Shown here piece by piece: positions 46,366 through 55,948 of a stretch of DNA of 64,000 nucleotides (positions are counted from its first letter, which is position 1; each line of letters opens with the position of its first letter). Made by a program: the position numbers and the translations under genes. The stretch is from a virus: the IMG/VR virus record IMGVR_UViG_3300017917_003143, positions 2,095-66,094 of that record. One strand, written 5' to 3'. The notes below the pieces were generated by a model. That model did not search any database, was not told where the DNA came from, and was given only the letters and a program-made list of their open reading frames with translations.

Positions 46366-48432
46366 ATGCTGAAAAAATCCACCATTAAAAAACTGTTAGT
46401 TAGCCCTTGGACTGCGCTGATCACATTGGCGCTGATTATTGGATTGAGAGTAGCCGATCCTACTTTTGTAGAAAGTGTAAGACTGCGCTATTTTGATACC
46501 TTGATCACTGCCCAAGAACCCACGACCAATGATATCTACACTGTAAACATCGATGAGGATACTATTGCCAAGTACGGACAGTGGCCGTTTGATCGTCGTG
46601 TGTATGCTAACCTTATTGAAGACTTGTACAAAAGAAATGCTGGTCTAGTCATATTTAATGTTATGATGCCTGAGCGCGATCGGTCAGGCGGCGATGGATC
46701 CTTGGCAGCCACACTCAACGAACTAGATGTCATACTGCCTAACTTGCCTGCAGATCGTATGAAAAATACACCAAGACAGCCGGGCACTGCTGTGATAGGA
46801 GCAGAATTCTCTGATCAGATAGTACAATATCCTGGCATCATAGCCAACATTGACATGCTGGAAAAACGAGCCCGAGGTGTAGGCATAGTGGCTACCTTGC
46901 CTGAAGTGGACGGTGTCAACCGTAGGATGCCTTTGGTCGTGGCAGTGGACGGCAGAGTATATCCCAGCCTGGCCATGGAAGTGTTACGAGTTTCAGCCGG
47001 CGATAGTACCACACAGATCAAGCTCAATGAACTGGGTGTGGAAAAGATGCGCATACCTGCATTTGGCCCCATCGCCACCGACAGCCTGGGACGTATATGG
47101 ATTGACTGGAGCCAGCGCAGTCACAGTGTGTCGGCTGCAAACTTGCCCAAAGATTTTGGTGGTGCTGATGTCATAGTGGGCGTGGCCGCAGGTGGATTAG
47201 GTAATCCTGTGCCCACTCCTCGTGGTGCTGTGTGGCCACATGAAGTACAGGCCGCTGTGATAGCCACAATGTTCAACGGTGTCACGATTGAACGACCTGA
47301 CTATGCTGATGGTGTTGAAATCATATTCATAGCGGTCATAGGATTGATTATTATTGGAATGTCGAGGTGGACTTATGCAGGTATTCTTATATCTATTATT
47401 GGGATCATTGCCCCTATTGTTGCCAGTAGCCTGGCTTACAGTGAATGGCGAATCCTGGCGGACGCGACAGCAAGCACGGTTGGTCTTGTTCTCGTGGCTC
47501 TGCATACTTACGGGGTTAAGTTTGTAAGCGAGTTCTTGCAAAAGCAACAGATCAAAAAACAATTTGGAACTTATCTAAGCCCAGATCTTGTAGCACAACT
47601 GCAACGCAACCCTGATCTACTGGTATTAGGTGGAGACAGTCGTGAGTTAAGTATCATGTTCACAGATGTGCGTGGCTTTACAAGTATCAGCGAACACTAT
47701 GGTAAAGACGTTCAAGGACTTACAAAGATCATGAACCGCTATATGACAGCCATGACTAAAAAGATCTTGGAAAACAAAGGTACATTAGACAAGTACATCG
47801 GTGATGCACAGATGGCATTCTGGAACGCACCCTTGGACAACACACAGCATGCCAAGGATGCTGTAAAAACAGCTTTAGAAATGTTAGGGAGTTTGGATGA
47901 GTTCAATAGAGAAGTTCAAGCAGAAGGCGTACCACCTTTTGGTATGGGCCTTGGGATCAATACTGACACCGTTGTGGTGGGTAACATGGGAAGTGATCAG
48001 CGTTTTGACTATACTTGTCTTGGTGATGGCGTCAATTTGGCTAGCCGACTGGAGGGCCAGAGTAAACCGTACGGTGTCAAAATCGTGGTGGGGGCAAAAA
48101 CTGCTGAATATGTAGCAGACGAATACCTTGTGCTGGAGCTGGATTGTATCGCTGTCAAAGGCAAAAAAGAAGGTGTCAACATCTATACTGTGTTAGGGCG
48201 TATTGATGAGTTAAACATAGCCACCGCTGACATACAGATGCACGAGTCTATGTTGGCGCTGTATCGTCAGCAGAAGTTTGATCAAGCTGCCAAGGCCTGC
48301 AACAACTTGATGGGCCGCTTTGGGGGTGCCATGGATCACTATTATGAAATGTGGATAGAGCGTTGTGGGGAAATGAAGTCTGCTGGCTTGCCCTTAGATT
48401 GGGACGGTATCTATCGAGCAACCAGCAAGTGA
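46366..48432 (+). CDS. CHASE2 sensor domain + class III adenylyl/guanylyl cyclase
   Basis: N-terminal TM with periplasmic CHASE2-like domain. Multi-TM segment. Cyclase catalytic domain (IMFTDVRGFTSISE; KYIGDAQMAFWNAP; metal-binding Asp). Confidence 0.8.
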   Translation: MLKKSTIKKLLVSPWTALITLALIIGLRVADPTFVESVRLRYFDTLITAQEPTTNDIYTVNIDEDTIAKYGQWPFDRRVYANLIEDLYKRNAGLVIFNVMMPERDRSGGDGSLAATLNELDVILPNLPADRMKNTPRQPGTAVIGAEFSDQIVQYPGIIANIDMLEKRARGVGIVATLPEVDGVNRRMPLVVAVDGRVYPSLAMEVLRVSAGDSTTQIKLNELGVEKMRIPAFGPIATDSLGRIWIDWSQRSHSVSAANLPKDFGGADVIVGVAAGGLGNPVPTPRGAVWPHEVQAAVIATMFNGVTIERPDYADGVEIIFIAVIGLIIIGMSRWTYAGILISIIGIIAPIVASSLAYSEWRILADATASTVGLVLVALHTYGVKFVSEFLQKQQIKKQFGTYLSPDLVAQLQRNPDLLVLGGDSRELSIMFTDVRGFTSISEHYGKDVQGLTKIMNRYMTAMTKKILENKGTLDKYIGDAQMAFWNAPLDNTQHAKDAVKTALEMLGSLDEFNREVQAEGVPPFGMGLGINTDTVVVGNMGSDQRFDYTCLGDGVNLASRLEGQSKPYGVKIVVGAKTAEYVADEYLVLELDCIAVKGKKEGVNIYTVLGRIDELNIATADIQMHESMLALYRQQKFDQAAKACNNLMGRFGGAMDHYYEMWIERCGEMKSAGLPLDWDGIYRATSK

Positions 48433-48783
48433 TTAGCCTTCGCCGGCAGAGGCAGTTTTTTTGTCGTCTTCGTCGGCTTTGAGGGCTTCACGGAATTTGG
48501 CATCAGCTTCGCGCTCGGTTTTTTGTTGTTCGATAACACGTTCACCTTCGATGATTTTACCACGAAGATGTAACACAACATCAACCTTTTGATTTAAACG
48601 AATTAAATCATTGTCCAGCATACGGATACGATCGATCAAGGCGATCAGCACAGTATTGGCTTCTTTTAATATGGGTTTAACTTCTTTGGTTGCCCAAGTC
48701 CACACATAGTAAATCATATAACCCATGCCGCCCGCGGCCACGATAGGGAATCCGTATTTGTTAATCAGTGCTACTAAATCCAT
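48433..48783 (-). CDS. holin-like single-TM protein, paralog A
   Basis: N-terminal MDLVALINKYGFPIVAAGGMGY TM segment then coiled coil. Paralogous to 49492..49770. Confidence 0.5.
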   Translation of the reverse strand: MDLVALINKYGFPIVAAGGMGYMIYYVWTWATKEVKPILKEANTVLIALIDRIRMLDNDLIRLNQKVDVVLHLRGKIIEGERVIEQQKTEREADAKFREALKADEDDKKTASAGEG

Positions 48784-48924
48784 TTATTTCTCCTGTTTCC
48801 AAAAACCCCAAGGGTCGTGTATTTTCTTTTGTTCTGGTTTGGGCTCATGACAATACCATATAGCTACTGATATCAAGGTCAGGCATTCTATCAGATAAAA
48901 AACCATAAAAGCTTCAAATAACAT

Positions 48925-49071
48925 TATATTGCAAGCCCTATTAAAGTGCCCACAAATATTCCAACAACAAACGCCTTAAACATATCGATGTCGTACCACA
49001 GTGGTTGATTTTTTAGATATGCTTTGGTATGCGCTGGCAAACTGTCATACCATGTGTCCCATTTACTCATG
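48925..49071 (-). CDS. small C-terminal-TM protein, not in ORF track
   Basis: 48 aa MSKWDTWYDSLPAHTKAYLKNQPLWYDIDMFKAFVVGIFVGTLIGLAI. AAGGAAAT RBS on the minus strand. Confidence 0.35.
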
Positions 49072-49347
49072 TTATTTCCTTTTTAAGATATCAAAAGTAT
49101 CTTGCGGTGTAGGTGCATTTATAAAATGCACAGTGTCGTCTTCTTCGTTGACTATGCCCATTACAGCAGGCCCATAACCACGTACAAATTTTTCCAGCGC
49201 ATCGACTTTGACCAATTGTACCTTTCCGTTGACATTGGTTAGCTTGAAAAGATCACCAGCCTGCCAGCCCAGTTTGTCAATGTTCAACTCTTCGTCCAGG
49301 ATGATGCGATTTTCTGATAAATCCCACGTATAGTCCACGTAGAGCAT
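49072..49347 (-). CDS. hypothetical protein
   Basis: 91 aa ORF in the minus-strand block. Confidence 0.4.
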   Translation of the reverse strand: MLYVDYTWDLSENRIILDEELNIDKLGWQAGDLFKLTNVNGKVQLVKVDALEKFVRGYGPAVMGIVNEEDDTVHFINAPTPQDTFDILKRK

Positions 49348-49491
49348 TTTTCTTCCTTTTTCGTTGTTACAAAATCAACTAATTTCTTGATATTCTTTTC
49401 TTGGTCGTGGTAATCTATGCACATCTGTGTCCACTCGTTCCTGTTGCAAAAAACGTGTGTGCGTTCTTGCGGGGTCCAGGTACGGGGATCT

Positions 49492-49770
49492 TTAGTCACG
49501 TCGGGCATCATTTTTGCCGTCCGCTCTAGCAATACGATTGGTGTCGGGTTTTAAACCCAATGCGTTGCTCACAACGGTATCAATACGGATAACGTCGTGG
49601 TTCATTGTTTTTACACGATTGTCTAGAGCAGTGATTATGCCCGAAAGTCCTTGCACACTGCTCATGACTCCAGCGAGTATGAATTTCAGTGTGAGGAAAA
49701 TGAAGTAACCACCAGCGCATGCCGCCGCGATCGGGAAACCGACTTCGGCCACGAGTTTGAAAAAGTCCAT
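49492..49770 (-). CDS. holin-like single-TM protein, paralog B
   Basis: MDFFKLVAEVGFPIAAACAGGYFIFL TM segment. The following VKTMNHDVIRID block parallels paralog A's IRMLDNDLIRLN. Confidence 0.5.
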   Translation of the reverse strand: MDFFKLVAEVGFPIAAACAGGYFIFLTLKFILAGVMSSVQGLSGIITALDNRVKTMNHDVIRIDTVVSNALGLKPDTNRIARADGKNDARRD

Positions 49771-49851
49771 CTTAGCTCCTTTGATCCTCTTGCGGGATTC
49801 TTTGGAGTATTTACCAAAATCTTGGTGTATTATCTATCAGGCGAAAAAAAA

Positions 49852-49880
49852 TTTGACATCAATGGAAAAATCGGCTAAAA
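49852..49880 (+). promoter_or_regulatory. strong sigma70-like promoter TTGACA-17-TAAAAT
   Basis: Perfect -35 hexamer, 17 nt spacer, TAAAAT -10. 137 nt upstream of the lysin gene in a 246 nt intergenic region. Confidence 0.75.
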
Positions 49881-50016
49881 TATAGCTTGTGTCTGTTTCT
49901 TTTGGAGCGGTTTGATTAAATATAGCTCTTTTGGAAATGTGCGCAGTTATCCGTGGGTGTGTATCTATTACATATTACTACGGTAAAAAAATAAACCTGT
50001 AAACAAGGAGGAAGTT

Positions 50017-50622
50017 ATGACAGAGACAATATCAAAGTCAGGAACGCACCAAGTTGACATGGTCAAACTTTTTGTAAGTCTGCCCCGTGTGATCGGTTTG
50101 TTGATCGTAGCATCGATCCTGATCACAGTCACAAATTTGCGTCTGGATGCTCTTGCGTCCGATATCGAAAGCCAGGCCCAGCGCCAGGGTTTCGTCAGTG
50201 TTAGCGACCGCACTCGTCAGTTAGAGTGCTTGGCTCGTAACATCTATTGGGAGTCCGCCAACCAGCCTTTTGAAGGCAAAGTAGGTGTGGCCCAAGTAAC
50301 CATGAACCGTGTGGATGATGGACGTTTTGGAAAAGACGTCTGCGGTGTGGTATATCAGAAAAACATCATCTATGAAAAGGTAGTGTGCCAATTCTCTTGG
50401 TACTGCGAACCTACTCACAAAGTACGACCCGTACACCCTGCACTGTGGGATGAAAGCATGGAAGTGGCCAAGAAGGTTCTATTAGAAGGATTCCGTCTGC
50501 CCAGCTTGAAAGAAGCTCTTTATTTCCATGCTGACTATGTAAGCCCGGGTTGGCCCAACATGATACGAGTTGCCCATTTCGGCAATCATATTTTCTACAA
50601 GAAAAAGGAATCCAAACAATGA
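50017..50622 (+). CDS. cell wall hydrolase, SleB/CwlJ family, with N-terminal membrane anchor
   Basis: NIYWESANQPFEGKVGVAQVTMNRV...FSWYC hydrolase core. N-terminal TM helix. RBS AAGGAGG. Confidence 0.8.
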   Translation: MTETISKSGTHQVDMVKLFVSLPRVIGLLIVASILITVTNLRLDALASDIESQAQRQGFVSVSDRTRQLECLARNIYWESANQPFEGKVGVAQVTMNRVDDGRFGKDVCGVVYQKNIIYEKVVCQFSWYCEPTHKVRPVHPALWDESMEVAKKVLLEGFRLPSLKEALYFHADYVSPGWPNMIRVAHFGNHIFYKKKESKQ

Positions 50623-50942
50623 GTAAGTTCTTTAACTTTTTCAGCAACCTACGTGCTAACTTTAGTCAGTGGTTGAGCGAGAGCTTGCACACAGTATCAG
50701 CAGAAACTCTGGGCTGGTTGGCAGTGATCTTGATACACGGTGCCACGGTGCCTACATTATTGGCCATACTCACCGGACTCAGTGATCGCACTCCATCAGT
50801 TGATATCATCTTGTTGATGTGGGGCGGCCTGGTGCTGTTGTTTGGTCGTGCAGTGGTGCTCAAAGATTCATTGAACATCATCACCATTGGCGCAGGCTTT
50901 ATCGTACAAGCTGTGTTAATGGCCTTGATTTTGTTCAAGTAA
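50619..50942 (+). CDS. holin-like 3-TM membrane protein
   Basis: ATGA overlap with the lysin stop. 107 aa with three hydrophobic helices. Confidence 0.45.
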   Translation: MSKFFNFFSNLRANFSQWLSESLHTVSAETLGWLAVILIHGATVPTLLAILTGLSDRTPSVDIILLMWGGLVLLFGRAVVLKDSLNIITIGAGFIVQAVLMALILFK

Positions 50943-52007
50943 AGCCCGATCCATATTGGTGCGTAATTCCAGGAGCAGGTCATCCTGGAATTCTTTACTG
51001 AAAAATCTTTTCCTATTGTGTTCGATCACAGGCAAGGCTTGCTGATAGAGATCTTGGAATTTGTCCTGAGACATGTTGGCAAGCTGATCGATCAATTCCA
51101 ACAACAACGACATGCGTTTGGTTGAATCAGTTTCATGATCGTAGCTCTCATCCCAGCAGTGATCAAACGTTTTGAAACCGTAGTCCTTTAGATACTGCAA
51201 ACTGCCCGGTGGCGCAAACAAAATAAAAGGCTGGCTCATGACCATGGGCTTGAATACCTTTTCGGTAAGATAGATTTTGTCAGTGTCAAACAGCGTTTCG
51301 GCTACCAAGTGTACCGCGGAATCCACAGCATCTGGAATGTCAATCTTGGCACTGTATGTTGGGTCCACTTGTGTGCCGTCCCAGTTGTGCCGTATCATGT
51401 TCTGATATTGGCGACAGTGCGCCAGCAATTCTTTTCTATAGATACGTGTTCCGTCCTGGGCACGACTGTATAATAGGAATCTGTGTTGGCAATTGGATTT
51501 GTCAATGGGTGCTAAATCTTGATAATGTTCCCAATGCCGGAACCAGTCACGGGCAGTCAGTCCGTGCCACCAATAGTAACAGTCAACAAATCCATGCTCG
51601 TTTAAGATCCTGATGTCTTGGCTGTTTAACTCACTGTGGCAGATGATGGGCCGATCTTCCATGACTAAACGCATGAACTCAAAAACATCACAGTCATTGG
51701 CATGTTTTTTAAGATTGAATTCTATGGCCTTTCTTTGGTTTTCTCCTTGGATCAGTAGATTTTTTTGGTCACACAGAGTTTTTCTATAAGTATCCATATA
51801 ATTAAGATCCAATGGTTCCTGATCATGCATGACGATCCTTTTGAAGCTGATAAAGTCTTTGTTAAAGTCGGATTGAGTGACTGCAAATGGTTCTAAATTA
51901 TGGAGATCTTTTGCCCCATGTGGGCGGAATATCATCACAAGGTTATTGGTTTTTTCGTGTCCGTATTCATGGACGAAAAAATCGTAAAAGTTATCAACGG
52001 AGAACAT
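50916..52007 (-). CDS. hypothetical protein, paralog of 17952..18866 (glycosyltransferase-like?)
   Basis: Shares the GFKTFD...DESYD C-terminal block and several upstream blocks with 17952..18866. Confidence 0.55.
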   Translation of the reverse strand: MFSVDNFYDFFVHEYGHEKTNNLVMIFRPHGAKDLHNLEPFAVTQSDFNKDFISFKRIVMHDQEPLDLNYMDTYRKTLCDQKNLLIQGENQRKAIEFNLKKHANDCDVFEFMRLVMEDRPIICHSELNSQDIRILNEHGFVDCYYWWHGLTARDWFRHWEHYQDLAPIDKSNCQHRFLLYSRAQDGTRIYRKELLAHCRQYQNMIRHNWDGTQVDPTYSAKIDIPDAVDSAVHLVAETLFDTDKIYLTEKVFKPMVMSQPFILFAPPGSLQYLKDYGFKTFDHCWDESYDHETDSTKRMSLLLELIDQLANMSQDKFQDLYQQALPVIEHNRKRFFSKEFQDDLLLELRTNMDRALLEQNQGH

Positions 52008-52009
52008 AA

Positions 52010-53245
52010 ATGAATATCGGTTTTATTGGCTTAGGTAAATTAGGTTTAGACTGCGCAGAAGTCTTTGCAGAACGCTACTCAGTCTATGGTTATGATATAT
52101 ATCCACGCTACAGCGACACAGTCAAAGTTTGCACCAATGTGGAAGAAGTCATTGACCACAGTGACTGGTTGTTCATTGCTGTACCTACTCCACATGCCGA
52201 AGGCTATGATGGGTCAGTACCGAGCTCACACATGGAACCCCGGGATTTTGGCCATGAAGCTGTCAAGCAAGCCATTGAGTATGTGAATGCCTATGCCAAG
52301 GAACCCAAGCGTGTTGTATTGATCTCTACTGTGCTACCAGGCACCACCCGACGCCACTTTGCTACTCTGTTGGACAAGCGTCACCAGTTCTTATACAACC
52401 CGTATTTGATTGCCATGGGTTCTGTGAAGTGGGACATGGCCAATCCTGAGATGGTAATGATTGGTACAGAAACAGGTGATCCTAGTGAAATGCGTGATCT
52501 CATTGATTTGTACCGACCATTGATGAAAAACAACCCACGCTATGTCACAGGTACCTGGGACGAATGCGAAGCCATCAAGATTTTCTACAACACATTCATC
52601 TCAGCCAAGGTTGGTTTGGTAAACATGATCCAAGACTTTGCCTTAAAAATTGGCAACATCAACGTAGACGTTGTGACAGATGCCTTGGCACAATCCACCA
52701 TGCGTATCATGGGACCCAAGTACATGACAGCAGGCATGGGTGATGCAGGTGCTTGCCACCCACGTGATAACATCGCCCTGCGTTGGTTGGCCGAAGAATA
52801 CGACATTGGATATGACTTGTTTGATACCATCATGCATGCTCGTGAAGTGCAGGCCAAGAACCTTGCGCTGTTCTTGGTAGATCAAGCTAAAACAAACAAT
52901 CTGCCTATCGTGATACACGGCAAAGCATACAAGCCAGATGTTCCCTACTGTATTGGAAGCTATTCTACGCTGATTGGATACTACATCAATGAAGCAGGTT
53001 TCACAGTGAAATACCTGGATCCCTTGGCCGATGACAGCACTGACGTGATCGAAGCTGTCAAAGGTGCTTGTGTATTGCTCATGGCACACAATCGACAGAT
53101 CACATACGGTTACACCGGAGATGTGCGTGATGACACTTTTTATGCACCCATAGAAGCAGGATCTATCATCGTAGATCCATGGCGCAAACTCAATGACATA
53201 GCAGGATACAAAATTATCCATTATGGTAATACAAGAAAAAACTAA
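52010..53245 (+). CDS. nucleotide-sugar dehydrogenase (UDP-glucose/GDP-mannose dehydrogenase family)
   Basis: N-terminal Rossmann IGFIGLGKLGL. VVLISTVLPGTT block. Catalytic Cys region GMGDAGACHPRD resembles GGxCFxKD. Confidence 0.65.
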   Translation: MNIGFIGLGKLGLDCAEVFAERYSVYGYDIYPRYSDTVKVCTNVEEVIDHSDWLFIAVPTPHAEGYDGSVPSSHMEPRDFGHEAVKQAIEYVNAYAKEPKRVVLISTVLPGTTRRHFATLLDKRHQFLYNPYLIAMGSVKWDMANPEMVMIGTETGDPSEMRDLIDLYRPLMKNNPRYVTGTWDECEAIKIFYNTFISAKVGLVNMIQDFALKIGNINVDVVTDALAQSTMRIMGPKYMTAGMGDAGACHPRDNIALRWLAEEYDIGYDLFDTIMHAREVQAKNLALFLVDQAKTNNLPIVIHGKAYKPDVPYCIGSYSTLIGYYINEAGFTVKYLDPLADDSTDVIEAVKGACVLLMAHNRQITYGYTGDVRDDTFYAPIEAGSIIVDPWRKLNDIAGYKIIHYGNTRKN

Positions 53246-53759
53246 ATCCTGGGGTAAATCCTGGGTAGAACCCTGGTGGGTCAGTCATCGTGATTTACCC
53301 TATGTCAATGAGCCATTCAATGATCCAGAAAGCCTGGACCTGTGGCGCAGTCTAGGGTACACACAGACCAGATTCACTGGCGATATGTATGACATGCGTA
53401 ATCCTGAGCCTTCTTGGATAGCACCGTTTCGTTTTGTTTTTCCTTGGTTGCATTTTTCATGGTCAGTGTATCGCATGGGTCCCGGTACTGTGTTGCCCAA
53501 CCACAGTGATACCTATGCTCGATTCAAAGAAATATACAACATCACTGACAGTGACAAGATATATCGTGCCATAGTCATGCTGGAAGATTGGCAGAGTGGT
53601 CACTATTTAGAGATAGATGGCACACCAGTGACCAAGTGGATCGCAGGAGACATTTATATCTGGCAGAATGATGTCCAGCATCTTGCGGCCAACATGGGCA
53701 TGACCGATCGTTATACATTACAAATCACAGGAGTCCCCATTGAAGATCCATTCCTATAA
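53223..53759 (+). CDS. hypothetical protein (cupin-like?)
   Basis: 178 aa. HSDTYARF and GDIYIWQNDVQH segments suggest a cupin/double-stranded beta-helix fold. Weak call. Confidence 0.35.
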   Translation: MVIQEKTKSWGKSWVEPWWVSHRDLPYVNEPFNDPESLDLWRSLGYTQTRFTGDMYDMRNPEPSWIAPFRFVFPWLHFSWSVYRMGPGTVLPNHSDTYARFKEIYNITDSDKIYRAIVMLEDWQSGHYLEIDGTPVTKWIAGDIYIWQNDVQHLAANMGMTDRYTLQITGVPIEDPFL

Positions 53760-54660
53760 CGAGTGGGATCCACTGCGCAGTATCGTAGTGGGTAGCGCAA
53801 AACATGCCAACTGGCCCTCTACAGATCCTGTGTTTTCAAAAGAAAGCGAAAAGACTCTGTGGAAAGAAACTCCTGTGCCCTCAGGGCCTGTGCCACAGTG
53901 GATCGTAGACGAAGCTGAAGCTGAACTAGACGATCTTGCTAAAAAACTACAGCAGTTGGGTGTGGAGGTGCATCGTCCTCAGGAAATAGATTTTGTAGCT
54001 CTGGACGGCATGTATAACTATTGCCCCAGAGATCGATTGTTAGTAGCTGGTACTGCCATAGTTGACCCTGCCATGATGTATCCCTGCAGAGACATGGAGT
54101 TGGCTGCCTACTACGACATAGTCGATAGCTGTGAAAGATACTTGCACATGCCCAGGAACGAAGGCATGGTGTTGGATGCGGCCAATGTCTGTAGACTTGG
54201 GGATACTTGGTTGTACTTGGAATCAGCATCGGGCAACCGTGCAGCCTATGAATGGCTGTGCGACCAGTTTCCAGAGATCACTATAGAGCTCTGCAATTTT
54301 TATGCGGGCGTACACATAGATTCAACCATTGTGCCCTTGAGAGAAGGCTTGGTCTTGGTCAATGCGGCCCGTGTAACGCCCGACACATTGCCCAGTGCGT
54401 TCAAAAACTGGGAAGTGCTGTATGTAGATCACGTGACAGAACAGGGCTTTTATCAGTACCCTTACGCTTCAAAATGGATTGCGTTAAATATGTTAGTGGT
54501 TGATCCTAACACAGTGATCATGGATCAGGATCAAAAGCTATTGATACGTGAGATTGAAAAATACGGAATCACAGTGATACCACACAAATTAAGCCATAGT
54601 CGCACCCTGGGTGGAGGATTCCACTGTGTGACTTTGGATCTATGGAGAGAACATGCTTGA
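53740..54660 (+). CDS. amidinotransferase-superfamily enzyme (GATM/StrB1-like), paralog 1
   Basis: C-terminal catalytic block GGGFHCVTLDLWRE matches the GGxFHC.T.D..R nucleophile motif. TTG start after AGGAG. Confidence 0.6.
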   Translation: MKIHSYNEWDPLRSIVVGSAKHANWPSTDPVFSKESEKTLWKETPVPSGPVPQWIVDEAEAELDDLAKKLQQLGVEVHRPQEIDFVALDGMYNYCPRDRLLVAGTAIVDPAMMYPCRDMELAAYYDIVDSCERYLHMPRNEGMVLDAANVCRLGDTWLYLESASGNRAAYEWLCDQFPEITIELCNFYAGVHIDSTIVPLREGLVLVNAARVTPDTLPSAFKNWEVLYVDHVTEQGFYQYPYASKWIALNMLVVDPNTVIMDQDQKLLIREIEKYGITVIPHKLSHSRTLGGGFHCVTLDLWREHA

Positions 54661-55948
54661 CGCAAATTTAGTAGCACAGATGGTAGAACAAGAGATACGT
54701 TCTGCTGTCAACCAACAGGTCAAAGAAGCAGTGAGCCAAACTGCCTGGATCCAAGATCTTGAGGAACAGATCGTACAATTCGTACAGGACCGTATCACTG
54801 CTCGTTTCAGCAACATTGGCACCATACCAGATCTCGTGACCACAGTAGAAAAAAGTGTGGGCAAGATGTTTGAACAAGGATTCGTTCCGGATCTTGAAAG
54901 TTATGTTGATTCAGTGAAAATACAACAGACCGTGGATCAAGCAGTGGAACAATTTGTTTCCAATACTATAGACTCCTTGACCTTGGATCCGCAATGGGTC
55001 AAGAAAATTGAAACTTTAGTCGAACAAAAAATAGCAGAGCGTCTGGTACATCGCATCAGAGATCTTGATGTCAGTGATGAGATGCAAAAAGTATTGCTCA
55101 CACACAAGGAAATAATCCTTGACGAGCTGAAGAAAGATTTTAACTCAACTGGTATCGCAGATCAATCTACAGATTTACAGCTCACAGTCATGGACGGTGT
55201 AGTGGTAGTCGAGCATGAAACAGTCACACATGATCTCACAGTAGAACGCAACAGCGTACTCAAAGGCGATGTGCTGATACAAGGCAGCCTGGGCGTACAA
55301 GGAAAAATCAACACAGACAACGAAACCTGGCACGAACTCAGTGAACAAGTTGGTCGAGTCACATATGATCGTATCAAAAACGACTTTGCCAAAGAACTGA
55401 TCGATACCGTGGTAGAATCTACCAAGGAAGGTATCGATGTTGCCAACATCACCGTGGATGGAGAACCTTTCGTGACTGGTGAGCGCCTGAGCCACGGTAT
55501 AACAAAAAGCAATCTGAAAGAAGTAGGCACCTTGGAATCGTTGGCTGTCAAAGGAACAGCCAACCTGCATGATACCATGCATGTGGTCAAGAATAGGGTG
55601 GGTATCAATACCGAAGACCCAGATTCAGCCCTGGCTATCTGGGACGAAGAAGTCAATGTCAGCGCAGGCAAGCTCAGCAAGAATGTTGGCTTTGTTGGCA
55701 CAGGAAGGAAACAAAATCTTGTGTTAGGAACCAATAGACAGAACCATATCGAGATCGATGCAGAAGGACTGACTACTATACAACGATTACGTATAGGCCG
55801 CAACAACATCTCCTGGTCCACAGAAGTGCCCAACTACAGTGGAACCAAAGGCGACATAGTGTTCAATCTCAATGTCGCGCCCGACGCACCTTTTGCCTGG
55901 GCCTGTCTTGGTGCATTCCGTTGGCAAGCGTTAAAGGCAGCTCGATGA
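54653..55948 (+). CDS. hypothetical protein (possible fibrous structural protein)
   Basis: 431 aa. Coiled N-terminal half and beta-rich Gly/Thr/Asn C-terminal half. Confidence 0.45.
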   Translation: MLDANLVAQMVEQEIRSAVNQQVKEAVSQTAWIQDLEEQIVQFVQDRITARFSNIGTIPDLVTTVEKSVGKMFEQGFVPDLESYVDSVKIQQTVDQAVEQFVSNTIDSLTLDPQWVKKIETLVEQKIAERLVHRIRDLDVSDEMQKVLLTHKEIILDELKKDFNSTGIADQSTDLQLTVMDGVVVVEHETVTHDLTVERNSVLKGDVLIQGSLGVQGKINTDNETWHELSEQVGRVTYDRIKNDFAKELIDTVVESTKEGIDVANITVDGEPFVTGERLSHGITKSNLKEVGTLESLAVKGTANLHDTMHVVKNRVGINTEDPDSALAIWDEEVNVSAGKLSKNVGFVGTGRKQNLVLGTNRQNHIEIDAEGLTTIQRLRIGRNNISWSTEVPNYSGTKGDIVFNLNVAPDAPFAWACLGAFRWQALKAAR

